Notes: generated by a model from the letters alone, not told the origin. Shown: positions 10,701-20,150, numbered from the stretch's first letter. The stretch is 64,000 nt of DNA from Oscillospiraceae bacterium (GCA_015069195.1 SVJA01000004.1:10978-74977); one strand, 5' to 3'. Translations and numbers: made by a program.

Positions 10701-10773
10701 TTACCCAACTTCTTCCAGAAAAAAAGATGAAGAAGATTATGTCGTGAACAGAACTACGACATCAGGCAATTGA
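4702..10773 (+). CDS. Giant (2023 aa) secreted surface protein: SipW-cognate signal peptide plus TasA-like N-terminal module, a beta-helix-like region and many BspA-type leucine-rich repeats (LRR_5)
   Basis: RBS AAGGAGG. N-terminus ...LLTTISFAWYQNQVSLEGNTFSTGDIDF (compare TasA ATFASGTLDL). Dozens of repeats of the form IGxxAFxxCxxLxxIxLP. Four ~260-aa super-repeats each begin with LGENIIFGYNIGEYIVKEN..-like blocks. Overlaps the sipW 3' end by 23 nt. Confidence 0.8.
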   Translation: MKKMQQLKISKLKNLVGRRYGMLALVLSFVMLLTTISFAWYQNQVSLEGNTFSTGDIDFVSRGYDSEGNLVTTILQGDKDPAGYEKVNQPLFNHIGWDANMQTETSYIVVEKTGSLEMDYKISFTAAGTVEYLGGFWYALTDVTNEVVGTSSNSDHSALLKDYIAKGNNPKAETDGYNMATMDRYATIGSILDGSNITARYYRLDYGMKSSAIPEEYTNMSVEIFAKIFVTQVGALDSEDGTGYTYNCSSQLDIEKAREQALPGDNIVLLNNITFEGDLVFNKGVNLFTNNYTLEVLGNLIYEYVAPTAMTVNVSGNGRILVSCPRAGVGGNFTIEAPNSDVTIIGSNTSDGDIVTESRFTVSGTRAYGAAGVTLRNLRVVDKAYGTLKTIYVNSNSRVTVTDNTTISRLEAVARATNIEVQNMGIIHELSLINMYILPQTLSPQIYVYNMGIITQSIQLPAWSTPFEIVTQSPLTCSGNTKIVQAITGNDMSVTGATVTGAFTTADIERENIDDTVVPMGNSNTQLIVYYQNIKKDGQTVETTIQSLLEDYFREINVVNVAAAIAEITDLRVISVEGKQVLNSDIQYLRGAALPYLKNIDLERAILFDTVTSRENHLFDNAFNGDTRIENLVLPQRLESIGVGALSNMSCDNVIRIPESVKEFGVNWFRGTKYVCFESPTPVIAAYNAASGLSGVKAIFTEEPYLSAYRQNYANYANIIYCVGQKDDSGNNFVRRLNQGNDWEIVYYIGNQGNITSLSVGSNVRVDGQLINIVNIGENAYGNTLPDSVTTISFADGVRVIGKRAFYGRPIKSVESWGISLTTIGYGAFENCSLLQGEIMLPATMQTIDSYAFASCGMLEGINAGGTKFVYTGAFLNCSGMVYADMSSVETFETVGTVGVFNNCPRLVSVTAPTLKKTIGNVFWNLSSLREVVFGAASFEEVAVSGFTSFYGSVGNNTKIYFDVDDTSLVAINGVSSERIYSAGNKLGEVIVNDYNIGEYIIRNNDNGEVVLVTSNIDYVSNGSSADLISFPEEYNGSIVTEIGRNAFRYQTFDNVKISFGSGLKKIGEYAFYEKSGIEYLDFSQAVNLKNIGEYAFCRNVGIEGDLILPQSMHEIGAYAFYSCSEISNINTGGTSFVRESAFELCGKIVKAELPEVLILGGATNDNSAVFLNCSSLVAVYMPKLYLINGFYTFRYCTALRELHMASSNAEMNFNGYSFTDCDSSKIKIFVPEELVDFYRAKGLAGLQDRSVFEEGEKLGENIIFGYNIGEYIVKENHDGTATLITSRIDFSSEVVLPSVWNDNGVERKITVIGESAFKNGIFNNATLSIGEYVELIETNAFDSANGLKAVNSWGNALTTIANNAFFNCADLTADIVLPDSLDYIGDSAFASSGIKSVVTGGATAVGWDVFKNCQKLIWAELSNVVMIGKAGRDNCLFEGSENLVSVRAPLLSVVKGQFIFIGCGSLRELYLGASDFESLGGYAFYLCQTDKIKIFVPAELLDFYKSKNPDGLGATHIYPIGEKVGTNELNGYNLGRYIVKVNEDGQTATLITSNVSFEGDVTLPNTFTSDGKEFPITAIFKNAFMNESFTNVNLTVGAHVKEISENAFYGRKGILNVNLKNTETVCDSAFYNCSDMTNLVANYLKTIKGNNAFNGCLSLTILTLPSLENVTGSQNFANNTSIKKVYLQNIVSLGNQTFYGCSNLEEFVVNKKLSSANDIPTATDAFSGDVRTDLPIRVPAASMSYYGGSWQGRPVLAYGDTIVVGDESFVVLPMNGGYIIQSYIGGSESVVIPETLGTLNVVGLEENAFGIVTQTITSVTLPKYLYFLGFDALSELLGLNEIAVDSENRFFSSVDGVLYSKDKKMLVRYPHGKTDASFTVPDMVVAISGNAFKNARNLNSIILGSGLGAIDSVAFIGCNYLGQITFTGAVPPVLMGASIFDTNLTGFTMTVPTGSVDAYIRAMNFAEYAPYMNGGIEIPTSGDMNMIHWGPAVAQQTNVYPTSSRKKDEEDYVVNRTTTSGN

Positions 10774-10779
10774 TAAAAT

Positions 10780-10947
10780 TTAATATTTTTTAAAATTAAA
10801 ATTCGGAGGCATAAGCTGATTTGCTTGTAATAAGTAAAAGGCGAGTGCCTCTGTTTGATTTTCTCTGAATTTTCCTTTTGTGTTTTCATCTGCGAGTGAT
10901 GCGGATAAATCGCGAATCCTTTTCTGGATGTATTGGAATTCTGTCAT
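10780..10947 (-). CDS. Small hypothetical protein (55 aa), MTEFQYIQKRIRDLSASLADENTKGKFRENQTEALAFYLLQANQLMPPNFNFKKY
   Basis: Not in the ORF track (shorter than 60 aa). ATG is preceded by GGAGG with 6-nt spacing. Convergent with the giant gene. No homology recognised. Confidence 0.3.
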   Translation of the reverse strand: MTEFQYIQKRIRDLSASLADENTKGKFRENQTEALAFYLLQANQLMPPNFNFKKY

Positions 10948-11015
10948 AGTAATCCTCCGGTTTTGTAGTTATAAATGTAGTTTATCCCGACAATAAAAAA
11001 ATATGAAAAATGTGG

Positions 11016-11044
11016 TTGACAACGCCTGACGATGCGTATAAAAT
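11016..11044 (+). promoter_or_regulatory. Putative sigma-A promoter of the str operon (TTGACA-17-TAAAAT)
   Basis: TTGACA at 11016-11021, 17-nt spacer, TAAAAT at 11039-11044, about 70 nt upstream of rpsL. Confidence 0.5.
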
Positions 11045-11112
11045 AATCTAGTCTGCGTACAAGGGATTACTATGCCTTGTAGACGGATAGAATATTATTG
11101 GAGGTGAATTGA

Positions 11113-11538
11113 ATGCCAACATTTAACCAGTTAGTTCGTAAGGGAAGAGAGACTCAGACAAAGAAGTCTACATCTCCTGCATTGCAGAGAGGTATAAACT
11201 CACTCAAGAAAAAGTCTACTGACATCAGTTGTCCTCAGAAGAGAGGCGTTTGCACAAACGTAAGAACAACTACCCCTAAGAAGCCTAACTCAGCTTTGAG
11301 AAAAATCGCCAGAGTACGTTTGACAAACGGTATGGAAGTTACTGCTTACATTCCGGGTATCGGACATAACTTGCAGGAGCACAGCGTTGTTCTTATCAGA
11401 GGCGGTAGAGTTAAGGATCTGCCTGGTGTAAGATACCACATTATCAGAGGTACACTCGACGCAGCAGGTGTTAACAACAGACTTCAGAGCAGATCTAAAT
11501 ACGGTGCAAAAGCGCCTAAGGCTGCTGCTAAGAAATAA
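11113..11538 (+). CDS. rpsL: 30S ribosomal protein S12
   Basis: [12 protein letters not shown]...[59 protein letters not shown]; canonical S12. Confidence 0.97.
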   Translation: MPTFNQLVRKGRETQTKKSTSPALQRGINSLKKKSTDISCPQKRGVCTNVRTTTPKKPNSALRKIARVRLTNGMEVTAYIPGIGHNLQEHSVVLIRGGRVKDLPGVRYHIIRGTLDAAGVNNRLQSRSKYGAKAPKAAAKK

Positions 11539-11665
11539 TATCTGAATATTATTCTCAGCGAAATTTTAAGAATTTTTCATACCGGTTATACCGGAAGGTG
11601 CCGAGTATTTAATATATATGTGCGATAAGCCTTGTTAAATACGCGAGCACTGACTGCGGATATAA

Positions 11666-12187
<522 letters not shown>

Positions 12188-12207
12188 TATCAAGGAGATT
12201 TTAGACT

Positions 12208-14310
12208 ATGGGAAGAGAATATTCACTTAAGAATACCAGAAACATAGGCATAATGGCTCATATCGATGCCGGTAAGACAACAACTACCGAGCGTATACTC
12301 TACTATACAGGTAAGAACCATAAAATCGGTGAGACACACGACGGTGCTGCTACAATGGACTCCATGCAACAGGAGCAGGAGAGAGGTATTACTATCGCCT
12401 CTGCTGCTACGACTGTACACTGGGTTACAGACCGCGGAACAGCTAATGAAAAGGACACAAGAATAAACATTATCGATACTCCCGGACACGTTGACTTCAC
12501 AGTAGAGGTTGAGCGTTCACTCCGTGTACTCGACGGTTCTGTTACACTTTTCTGTGCTAAGGGCGGCGTTGAGCCTCAGTCAGAGACAGTTTGGAGACAG
12601 GCTGACAAATACGGCGTTCCGAGAATAGGTCACGTAAACAAGATGGATATTTTGGGTGCTGACTTCTATCGTGTTGTTGACATGATTAAAACACGTCTCG
12701 GTGCAAATGCAGTGCCGATTACATTGCCTATCGGTAAAGAAGATACATTTACAGGTATTATTGACCTTGTAAAAATGGAAGCTCATATCTATGAGGGAGA
12801 ACTCGGTGAGAAAGTTACCGTTACAGAGATTCCCGCTGATATGATCGAGCTTGCAGAACAGTACAGAGGAGAGATGCTCGAAGCTATCGCTTCTGAAGAC
12901 GAAGAGCTTATGATGAAGTACCTTGAAGGTGAGGAACTCACTATTGATGAAATCAAGGGTGCTATCCGTAAAGCTACTATCGGTCTCAATATCATCCCTG
13001 TTACTTGTGGTTCATCATACAGAAACAAAGGTGTACAGCAGTTGCTTGACGCTATCGTTGACTACTTGCCTTCACCGCTCGACGTTCCTGCTATAAAGGG
13101 TGAACTCCCGGATGGTTCTGAGACAGTTCGTCACTCAAGCGACGAAGAGCCTTTCTCAGCTCTCGCATTCAAAATTTTGACTGACCCGTTCGTAGGTAAG
13201 CTCTGCTTCTTCAGAGTATACTCGGGTTATGTTGACGCAGGTTCTTATGTTCTTAACTCAACAAAGGACAAGAAAGAGCGTATGGGTCGTATCGTATTGA
13301 TGCACTCAAATCAAAGACAGGAAATTGAACGTGCTTATGCCGGTGATATCGCCGCTGCTATCGGTCTTAAAGATACAACAACAGGTGACACACTCTGTGC
13401 AGAGAACAGCCCTGTAATCCTCGAGCGTATGGAATTCCCGGATCCGGTTATTTCAGTTGCTGTTGAGCCTAAGACAAAAGCAGGACAGGAGAAGATGGGT
13501 ATCGCCCTTCAGAAACTTGCTGAAGAGGATCCTACATTCAGAGTAAAAACTGATCCTGAAATCGGACAGACAATCATTTCCGGTATGGGTGAGCTTCACC
13601 TCGAAATCATTGTTGACCGTTTGCTCCGTGAGTTTAAGGTAGAAGCTAACGTAGGTAACCCGCAGGTTGCTTACAAAGAGGGTATCAAGAAAGCTGCTAT
13701 CAAGCAGGAAGGTAAGTTCGTAAGACAGTCCGGTGGACGTGGTCAGTACGGACACTGTGTAATTGACGTTGAACCTTTGGAAAGAGGTAAAGGATACGAG
13801 TTCGTTAATAAAATCGTCGGTGGTGTTATTCCTAAGGAATACATCGGACCTGTTGACCAGGGTATCCAGGAAGCTCTCCAGAGCGGTATACTTGCAGGCT
13901 ATCCTGTAGTAGACGTAAAGGTTACTTTGGTATTCGGTTCATACCACGAAGTCGACTCATCTGAAATGGCGTTCAAGATTGCCGGTTCTATGGCTATCAA
14001 AGAAGCTATAAAGAATGCAGGACCTGTACTTCTCGAGCCTATCATGAAGGTTGTTGTAGTAGTTCCTGAGCCGAACCTCGGTGACGTAATCGGTTCGATC
14101 AATGCTAAACGTGGTCGTATCGAGAGCATTGATGACGGTGCTGCCGGAATCAAGCAGATCACATCTTTCGTACCGCTTGCAGAAATGTTCGGTTACACAA
14201 CACAGCTTCGTTCTATGACTCAGGGTCGTGGTTCATTCTCTATGGAGCCGAGCCACTACGAAGACGTTCCGAAGAGCGTTCAGGATAAGGTTATCGCTGA
14301 GAAAAAGTAA
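12208..14310 (+). CDS. fusA: Elongation factor G
   Basis: [23 protein letters not shown], 700 aa; canonical EF-G. Confidence 0.97.
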   Translation: MGREYSLKNTRNIGIMAHIDAGKTTTTERILYYTGKNHKIGETHDGAATMDSMQQEQERGITIASAATTVHWVTDRGTANEKDTRINIIDTPGHVDFTVEVERSLRVLDGSVTLFCAKGGVEPQSETVWRQADKYGVPRIGHVNKMDILGADFYRVVDMIKTRLGANAVPITLPIGKEDTFTGIIDLVKMEAHIYEGELGEKVTVTEIPADMIELAEQYRGEMLEAIASEDEELMMKYLEGEELTIDEIKGAIRKATIGLNIIPVTCGSSYRNKGVQQLLDAIVDYLPSPLDVPAIKGELPDGSETVRHSSDEEPFSALAFKILTDPFVGKLCFFRVYSGYVDAGSYVLNSTKDKKERMGRIVLMHSNQRQEIERAYAGDIAAAIGLKDTTTGDTLCAENSPVILERMEFPDPVISVAVEPKTKAGQEKMGIALQKLAEEDPTFRVKTDPEIGQTIISGMGELHLEIIVDRLLREFKVEANVGNPQVAYKEGIKKAAIKQEGKFVRQSGGRGQYGHCVIDVEPLERGKGYEFVNKIVGGVIPKEYIGPVDQGIQEALQSGILAGYPVVDVKVTLVFGSYHEVDSSEMAFKIAGSMAIKEAIKNAGPVLLEPIMKVVVVVPEPNLGDVIGSINAKRGRIESIDDGAAGIKQITSFVPLAEMFGYTTQLRSMTQGRGSFSMEPSHYEDVPKSVQDKVIAEKK

Positions 14311-14320
14311 TAAATTAAAT

Positions 14321-14342
14321 CGCGGCGGCGTGACGCCGCCGC
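14321..14342. other. GC-rich perfect hairpin GCGGCGGCG-TGA-CGCCGCCGC after fusA (no clear U-tract)
   Basis: 9-bp GC stem; likely a partial terminator or attenuator between fusA and the tuf promoter. Confidence 0.4.
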
Positions 14343-14391
14343 AAAATAACTGATTAGCAGGCTTAGTTTTCGCTTAAAATAAAAATTAAGC

Positions 14392-14420
14392 TTGATATAT
14401 AGGTAAAAAATGTGTATTAT
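14392..14420 (+). promoter_or_regulatory. tuf promoter, TTGATA-17-TGTGTATTAT (extended -10)
   Basis: TTGATA at 14392-14397, 17-nt spacer, TG at 14413-14414, TATTAT at 14415-14420. Confidence 0.6.
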
Positions 14421-14478
14421 GTACACATTGAAATTTACCAAAAAATTCTTTTATTTTATCAAAAGGAGGACATTTTAA

Positions 14479-15690
14479 ATGGCTAAATCAAAGTTCGAAA
14501 GAACAAAACCCCACGTAAATATCGGTACTATCGGTCACGTTGACCATGGTAAAACAACTCTTACAGCTGCTATCACAAAGACTCTCGGTCTTGGTAACGC
14601 TAACGTTGCAGCTATGGCTTACGACCAGATCGATAACGCTCCGGAGGAGAAGGCAAGAGGTATCACGATTAATACTTCACACGTTGAGTATGAGACAGCT
14701 ACAAGACACTACGCTCACGTTGACTGCCCCGGACATGCCGACTACGTTAAGAACATGATCACAGGTGCTGCTCAGATGGACGGCGCAATTCTTCTCGTTT
14801 CAGGTCCCGATGGCCCGCAGGCTCAGACAAGAGAGCACATCCTTCTCGCTCGTCAGGTTGGCGTTCCTTACATCGTAGTATTCATGAACAAGTGCGACCA
14901 GCTTGCTGAAGAAGATATGGAGCTCCTCGATCTTTCAGAGATGGAGATCAGAGACCTTCTCAATCAGTACGAGTTCCCGGGTGACGATATTCCGATCATC
15001 AGAGGTTCAGCTCTCAAAGCTCTCGAGTGCGAAAGCTCAGATCCCAGTGATCCGGCATACGCTCCTATCCTCGAGCTCATGGCTGCAGTAGACGAGTACA
15101 TTCCTACTCCTGAGAGACCGACAGACAAGCCGTTCCTTATGCCTGTTGAGGACGTATTCACAATCACAGGTCGTGGTACAGTTGCTACAGGTCGTCTTGA
15201 GAGAGGTATCATCAAAGTTGGTGACGCTGCTGAAATCGTTGGTATCAAAGAAGAAGTTAAGAGCACAGTTATCACTGGTGTAGAAATGTTCAGAAAGCTT
15301 CTCGATCAGGCTGAAGCAGGCGACAACATCGGTGCTCTTCTCAGAGGTATCCAGAGAACAGAAATCGAGCGTGGCCAGGTTCTCGTAAAACCCGGTACAA
15401 TCAATCCTCACACACATTTCTTTGGTCAGGTATACGTACTTACTAAAGAAGAGGGTGGACGTCACAAACCTTTCTTCTCAAACTACAGACCTCAGTTCTA
15501 TTTCCGTACAACAGACGTTACAGGTGTTATCACTCTTCCCGAGGGAACAGAAATGGTTATGCCTGGTGACCACGTAACTATGGAAGTTAAACTCATTACT
15601 CACATCGCTATGGAGGAAGGTCTCCGTTTCGCTATCCGTGAGGGTGGTAGAACTGTTGGTGCAGGTACTGTTTCTAAGATCGTAGAATAA
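14479..15690 (+). CDS. tuf: Elongation factor Tu
   Basis: [23 protein letters not shown], 403 aa. Confidence 0.97.
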   Translation: MAKSKFERTKPHVNIGTIGHVDHGKTTLTAAITKTLGLGNANVAAMAYDQIDNAPEEKARGITINTSHVEYETATRHYAHVDCPGHADYVKNMITGAAQMDGAILLVSGPDGPQAQTREHILLARQVGVPYIVVFMNKCDQLAEEDMELLDLSEMEIRDLLNQYEFPGDDIPIIRGSALKALECESSDPSDPAYAPILELMAAVDEYIPTPERPTDKPFLMPVEDVFTITGRGTVATGRLERGIIKVGDAAEIVGIKEEVKSTVITGVEMFRKLLDQAEAGDNIGALLRGIQRTEIERGQVLVKPGTINPHTHFFGQVYVLTKEEGGRHKPFFSNYRPQFYFRTTDVTGVITLPEGTEMVMPGDHVTMEVKLITHIAMEEGLRFAIREGGRTVGAGTVSKIVE

Positions 15691-15754
15691 TTTATTATTT
15701 GAGATTTTGACAGTGTTCATGTTTATATGAACGGCAAAACAAATTCTAGAATTA

Positions 15755-15791
15755 AAGTTCCTCTTGCTTTATGGCAAGAGGAACTTTTTTT
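15755..15791 (+). terminator. Intrinsic terminator after tuf
   Basis: GTTCCTCTTGC-tttatg-GCAAGAGGAAC followed by TTTTTTT. Confidence 0.85.
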
Positions 15792-15812
15792 ATGCGTCGA
15801 TGGTCTTGTGGG

Positions 15813-15841
15813 TTGAATTATGCTTTTCGGAAATGTATAAT
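15813..15841 (+). promoter_or_regulatory. Sigma-A promoter TTGAAT-17-TGTATAAT upstream of the PucR-family regulator
   Basis: Consensus-like -35, 17-nt spacer, extended -10. Confidence 0.55.
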
Positions 15842-15874
15842 TATAAATGAATAATTATGCGAAAGCGAGGTTGA

Positions 15875-17035
15875 GTGCTATTGATTAGTAAAGGCGGAAG
15901 ACAACAACTTGAAAAACTTGCTGATATCATAGGTGATGTTTTCGGAGTTGCAGCCTCTACCGGTGTTGTTTTATTCAGCAGCGTTGATGATTTGCCCGAA
16001 GGCTCTTTTATAGAACTTCCGGATCAGGAGGATGCATCTAATCTTGCAGAAAGCGGTTTTATTCAGACAAATCGTTATTCGTATATGAAATATTTTATAA
16101 ATGATGAGGAATACTTGTGGTTTTTTGTAGGACGCAGCAAGATTGACTCTAAAAAAATTTTGGAGCTTGCTGTGTGTGCTTACGATAATAAAGAGGATTC
16201 TGACCGAAGAAAGACACTTGATTTCTTCAGGAGTCTTATGGTGAATGGCGTTGATTCCGTCAGTGCCGTTGATATGAGCCATTACGGCAGTATGAGAGCA
16301 TCAGTTTCAGGATATGCAGTTATTGTGATCGTGAATGAAAAGAAGAAAAATATTGTATCGGTAGATTCGGAAGCGCAGATTGCTATTCTAGAGAGTATTT
16401 TTCCGATGGGACAGGGATTCTATGTGGTGCCGGTAGAGATGGGAAAGACTGCTGTAGTATGTCCTCTTCACAGCGGATTTACTTTTGATGATGCAGTGAA
16501 TCAGGCTTCCTTGATAAAGGATACGGTTCTTTCGGAAGTTATGATGAATGTAAGTGTTGCTGTCGGTATGGCGGCAGACGGTATCAGAGCGTTGCCTGCG
16601 GCATACAAGACTGCTGAGAGAGCAGAGGCTGTCGGCAGTACTTTCGAGTTGAACGAAAAGTGCTTTGTATATGATAAGCTCGGTGTACATAGGCTTGTGT
16701 ACGGTCTCGGCGCAGAGAGTTGTCTTGCTTATATGAAAGAAGTTTTCGGAACTGAATTTTTGAGTGAGCGCTTCAGTAAGGCAAAGTCGAACACTAAGGA
16801 TGAGCTTTTGGTGACTATAAAACTTTTCCTTGAAAATAACCAGAATATAAGTGAAACATCGAGAGCTTTATATGTCCACAGAAATACACTTATTTACAGA
16901 ATAGATAAGTTTAACAAAATTACAGAACGTGATTGTACGAAATTCGAAGACGGAATGTTGATAGGAGTAGCTCTGCTCATAATGCAATATTTCGTAAAGA
17001 TGTTCCCTGAGCGTCTTGAAACTGATTTTAATTGA
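15875..17035 (+). CDS. PucR/CdaR-family transcriptional regulator (C-terminal PucR HTH)
   Basis: C-terminus SETSRALYVHRNTLIYRIDKFNKITERDCTKFEDGMLIGVAL is a PucR-type HTH. Start is GTG; the exact start is uncertain. Confidence 0.7.
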   Translation: MLLISKGGRQQLEKLADIIGDVFGVAASTGVVLFSSVDDLPEGSFIELPDQEDASNLAESGFIQTNRYSYMKYFINDEEYLWFFVGRSKIDSKKILELAVCAYDNKEDSDRRKTLDFFRSLMVNGVDSVSAVDMSHYGSMRASVSGYAVIVIVNEKKKNIVSVDSEAQIAILESIFPMGQGFYVVPVEMGKTAVVCPLHSGFTFDDAVNQASLIKDTVLSEVMMNVSVAVGMAADGIRALPAAYKTAERAEAVGSTFELNEKCFVYDKLGVHRLVYGLGAESCLAYMKEVFGTEFLSERFSKAKSNTKDELLVTIKLFLENNQNISETSRALYVHRNTLIYRIDKFNKITERDCTKFEDGMLIGVALLIMQYFVKMFPERLETDFN

Positions 17036-17055
17036 TAGAACAGAGGGTTTTAAGT

Positions 17056-17778
17056 ATGTCAAACAGTGAATTTAAGGGACCTAAAATAGTCTTTGAAAAT
17101 GTAACGAAAGAATATCCTAACGGCGTAAAGGCGTTGGATAATGTTAATTTTACAATAGAACCGGGAGAATTTGTGTTCTTAATGGGACACAGCGGTTCGG
17201 GAAAGTCGTCGCTTATAAAACTTATGATGCTCGAAGAACGTCAGACTTCAGGTAAGATTACTATCGGAAAAGATGACCTTTCAGATATAAAGGGCGGAAA
17301 GATTCCTTATTACAGACGAAAAATCGGTGTCGTATTCCAGGACTTCAGAATAATAAAAAGCAAGTCTGTATTTGAGAATGTTTCATTTGCTATGGAACTG
17401 ACCGGCGAAAAACGCAAGGAAATTGCCAGAAAAGTAAAACTCGTTCTCGGCATTGTTGGCTTGCAAAGAAAAATAAATGAGATGCCGGATTGTCTTTCAG
17501 GCGGTGAACAGCAACGTATTGCTATTGCCAGAGCTATTGTGAATGTTCCAGGACTTATAATTGCAGATGAGCCTACCGGCAACCTTGATCCGAAGAACTC
17601 AGTGGAGATAATGAATTTGTTGCAACAGATAAACCAAAGAGGTGCAACTGTTGTTATTGCAACTCACGAAAAAGAACTTGCAGAGCGTATGGGCAAGCGA
17701 ATTATAATGCTTGACCACGGAAAGGCAGATACCGGCGATGATGCAAGAGTCGATAACGGAGGTGAGTCTGATGAATGA
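17056..17778 (+). CDS. ftsE: Cell-division ABC transporter ATP-binding protein FtsE
   Basis: Walker A GHSGSGKSS, signature LSGGEQQRIAIARA. Start MSNSEF with RBS AGAGGG; the track start at 17032 lacks an RBS. Confidence 0.85.
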   Translation: MSNSEFKGPKIVFENVTKEYPNGVKALDNVNFTIEPGEFVFLMGHSGSGKSSLIKLMMLEERQTSGKITIGKDDLSDIKGGKIPYYRRKIGVVFQDFRIIKSKSVFENVSFAMELTGEKRKEIARKVKLVLGIVGLQRKINEMPDCLSGGEQQRIAIARAIVNVPGLIIADEPTGNLDPKNSVEIMNLLQQINQRGATVVIATHEKELAERMGKRIIMLDHGKADTGDDARVDNGGESDE

Positions 17779-18694
17779 GTTCTTTTCGAGAGTCCGTGTT
17801 TTCGGATATATGCTTAAGCAGGGTGCAAAAAATATTCTTCAAAATATGTTTATGATATTTGCTTCGGTAAGTGTGATATTTGCTTCTCTTATGATTATCG
17901 GTGCTCTCGTATCCGTTTCGACAAATATGCAGACTATAATTGATCACTACAATGACAGACCGGAGATAAGAATAAATTTTGAATCTCGGATTACTGAGGA
18001 AGAATGTCTTAAAGTAAAAGATATGCTTCTTGCAGATTCGCGTGTCGAGGAGGTTGTATATATCTCTGCTGACGAGAATATGAAAGGTTTGATAAAAACT
18101 TTTGAGAACGAAGGAAACGGTGACTTGTTTGCCGGATATACCGATAATGCTCAGCTTAGATTCGTAAGCCTGGATGTAAGTCTTGTACCAGCTGTGTCGG
18201 GTGATGAGTTTGAAAGCTTTGTGCGAAGTGATGTAGAAGGTGTTTCCGATGTCAGAAACATTGCAGGAGTAGTAAACAAACTCGAAACAATAAAAGTTGT
18301 CGTCAGAACTTGCTCGGTAATTGCAGTATTGGTATTTGGTTGCCTCTCTGTGTTGCTTGTATTTAATACCGTAAAATTGACTGTTTTTGCGAGAAAACGT
18401 GAGATAGAGATTATGAAATATATAGGTGCAACCGATGTGTTTATAGTCGGACCGTTCATAATAGAAGGTTTCTTTGTAGGACTTGTAGGTTCGGTATTTT
18501 CATACGGTGTATTGAAACTTTCGTATTCGCTCGTATACGAATATTTCACAAAAAATACATTGTTCGGAGATTCGGTAGAATTGGTGAAGTTTGATGCATT
18601 AGCAGGAAGCTTCTTATTGTGGTTTGTTGTTGCGGGAGTTGCCCTCGGTATCAGTGCCGGTGCTCTTGCCGTAAAAAGACATGTTAGAGTCTGA
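17771..18694 (+). CDS. ftsX: Cell-division permease-like protein FtsX
   Basis: Start MNEFFSRV (RBS GGAGGTGAG) overlaps the ftsE stop by 8 nt. Four TM segments plus an extracellular loop; canonical ftsEX order. Confidence 0.8.
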   Translation: MNEFFSRVRVFGYMLKQGAKNILQNMFMIFASVSVIFASLMIIGALVSVSTNMQTIIDHYNDRPEIRINFESRITEEECLKVKDMLLADSRVEEVVYISADENMKGLIKTFENEGNGDLFAGYTDNAQLRFVSLDVSLVPAVSGDEFESFVRSDVEGVSDVRNIAGVVNKLETIKVVVRTCSVIAVLVFGCLSVLLVFNTVKLTVFARKREIEIMKYIGATDVFIVGPFIIEGFFVGLVGSVFSYGVLKLSYSLVYEYFTKNTLFGDSVELVKFDALAGSFLLWFVVAGVALGISAGALAVKRHVRV

Positions 18695-18712
18695 TGATAC
18701 ACGGAGGTTATT

Positions 18713-20149
18713 ATGGCAGACGATGAAAAAATAATAGAAAATCAGCAAAGTGACGAGCAACCGTTGCTTGACTATGCGGCTACGGTAAACGGAAAGGCAC
18801 CGGAGAAAAAGAAAAAATCGTTGTTCGGAGGAAAAAATATATTTAAAAATGTAAGAAAAAAGGCAGAAGTTAAAGTGAATGCTTTTGTTCTGTTTTTGCT
18901 TGCGGCAGTACTTATAGTGGTTACCGTATTTGCGACATTTATTCTCGCGGATAAGTTTTACTATAACGGATATGCCCTTGAAAAGGGAAACAAAGTTACC
19001 TTTCGTGACAAGGATGCCGATTCGGTGAAAATTGCGAAGTTTCAGGATATTTTAGATTTCATAAATGAGAACTATTATACCGACTATGATATAAACGAGT
19101 TGATAGAGGGTGCGATAAACGGTGTAGTAGAAGAACTCGAAGATCCGTACAGCAAGTATTACAGTCCAGATACAATGGACGAGTACATTTCGTTTGTAGA
19201 GGGTACATATTCCGGTATAGGTATAACCGTAACAAAGACTGACACAGGTTATCTTGTAGAGGAAGTGACCGCGGATTCTCCCGCTGCCAAAGCCGGTGTA
19301 AAGGTCGGCGAAACCATGACTGCCATAAACGGAGAGTCTGTTATCAATATGGAAGCTGAGAAGTTCAATTCATATCTCAAAACAGACGGTAACGCTTTGA
19401 CTGTATCATTTATAACGGCTGACGGCAAAACCGTTGACAGAAAAATAACTGTTGCGATTATAAAAGAACAGACAGTAAATGTTAAAAAACTTGAGGGTGA
19501 CTTGGTTTGCGTAAGCATCACACAGTTTGTTCCCGGAACTGCGGATTCGTTTAAGTTCGCCATAGAGAAGATTGTTGCTGACAAGACGTATAAGGGAGTA
19601 GTAATCGATCTGCGCAATAACCCCGGCGGATATGTAGACGAGGCTTCTAAAGTTGCCGATATGATTTTGCCGGAAGGAACGGTTGCTACTGCTCAAAACA
19701 GAAAAGGTGAGACTGTAAAGAAAATAACATCTGACACGGAATGTATTTCAATTCCGATTGCAGTAATTATAAATGAAAATACCGCTAGTGCCGCAGAACT
19801 TCTTGCCGGTGCGATAAGAGATTTTAAATACGGTGCATTGGTGGGTGTAAAGTCTTACGGTAAGGCGCTTGCACAGATAAATAAAAAGTATGAGAATGAC
19901 GGCAGCGGAATTGTACTTTCTACTTCCAGATACTTCACCCCATCGGGTGAATGTATAGATGGTGTAGGAATTACTCCTTCGACTGTGGTTGAGCTTGCTG
20001 ACGAGTATAAAGATGTTTCGGTTGATAAAATTCCTACCGGATATGATGTTCAGCTCTATGCTGCGATGTCCGCTCTGGGAGTAGAATCGACTGAGAAAAT
20101 CACACCTCCCGCAGAGACTGATTTGGATGCTGAAATGAAAGCTGAATGA
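18713..20149 (+). CDS. S41 family C-terminal processing peptidase (CtpA/CtpB-like) with N-terminal TM anchor and PDZ domain
   Basis: VIDLRNNPGGYVDEASKVADMIL, ...NENTASAAELLAGAI..., PDZ-like segment GIGITVTKTDTGYLVEEVTADSPAAKAGVKVGE. Confidence 0.85.
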   Translation: MADDEKIIENQQSDEQPLLDYAATVNGKAPEKKKKSLFGGKNIFKNVRKKAEVKVNAFVLFLLAAVLIVVTVFATFILADKFYYNGYALEKGNKVTFRDKDADSVKIAKFQDILDFINENYYTDYDINELIEGAINGVVEELEDPYSKYYSPDTMDEYISFVEGTYSGIGITVTKTDTGYLVEEVTADSPAAKAGVKVGETMTAINGESVINMEAEKFNSYLKTDGNALTVSFITADGKTVDRKITVAIIKEQTVNVKKLEGDLVCVSITQFVPGTADSFKFAIEKIVADKTYKGVVIDLRNNPGGYVDEASKVADMILPEGTVATAQNRKGETVKKITSDTECISIPIAVIINENTASAAELLAGAIRDFKYGALVGVKSYGKALAQINKKYENDGSGIVLSTSRYFTPSGECIDGVGITPSTVVELADEYKDVSVDKIPTGYDVQLYAAMSALGVESTEKITPPAETDLDAEMKAE

Positions 20150-20150
20150 T

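Noticed and set aside
14321-14342. GC hairpin after fusA as a canonical Rho-independent terminator
   Set aside because: No U-tract follows on the plus strand; kept only as a hairpin or possible attenuator.
12223-15720. Numerous 60-140-aa ORFs antisense to fusA and tuf (e.g. 12789..13028, 13453..13755, 14964..15275, 15037..15465)
   Set aside because: They lie fully inside highly conserved, highly expressed genes on the other strand, have no RBS and have low-complexity composition; they are typical shadow ORFs.
15971-16690. Antisense ORFs within the PucR-family regulator gene
   Set aside because: No RBS; the plus-strand frame ends in a canonical PucR HTH.
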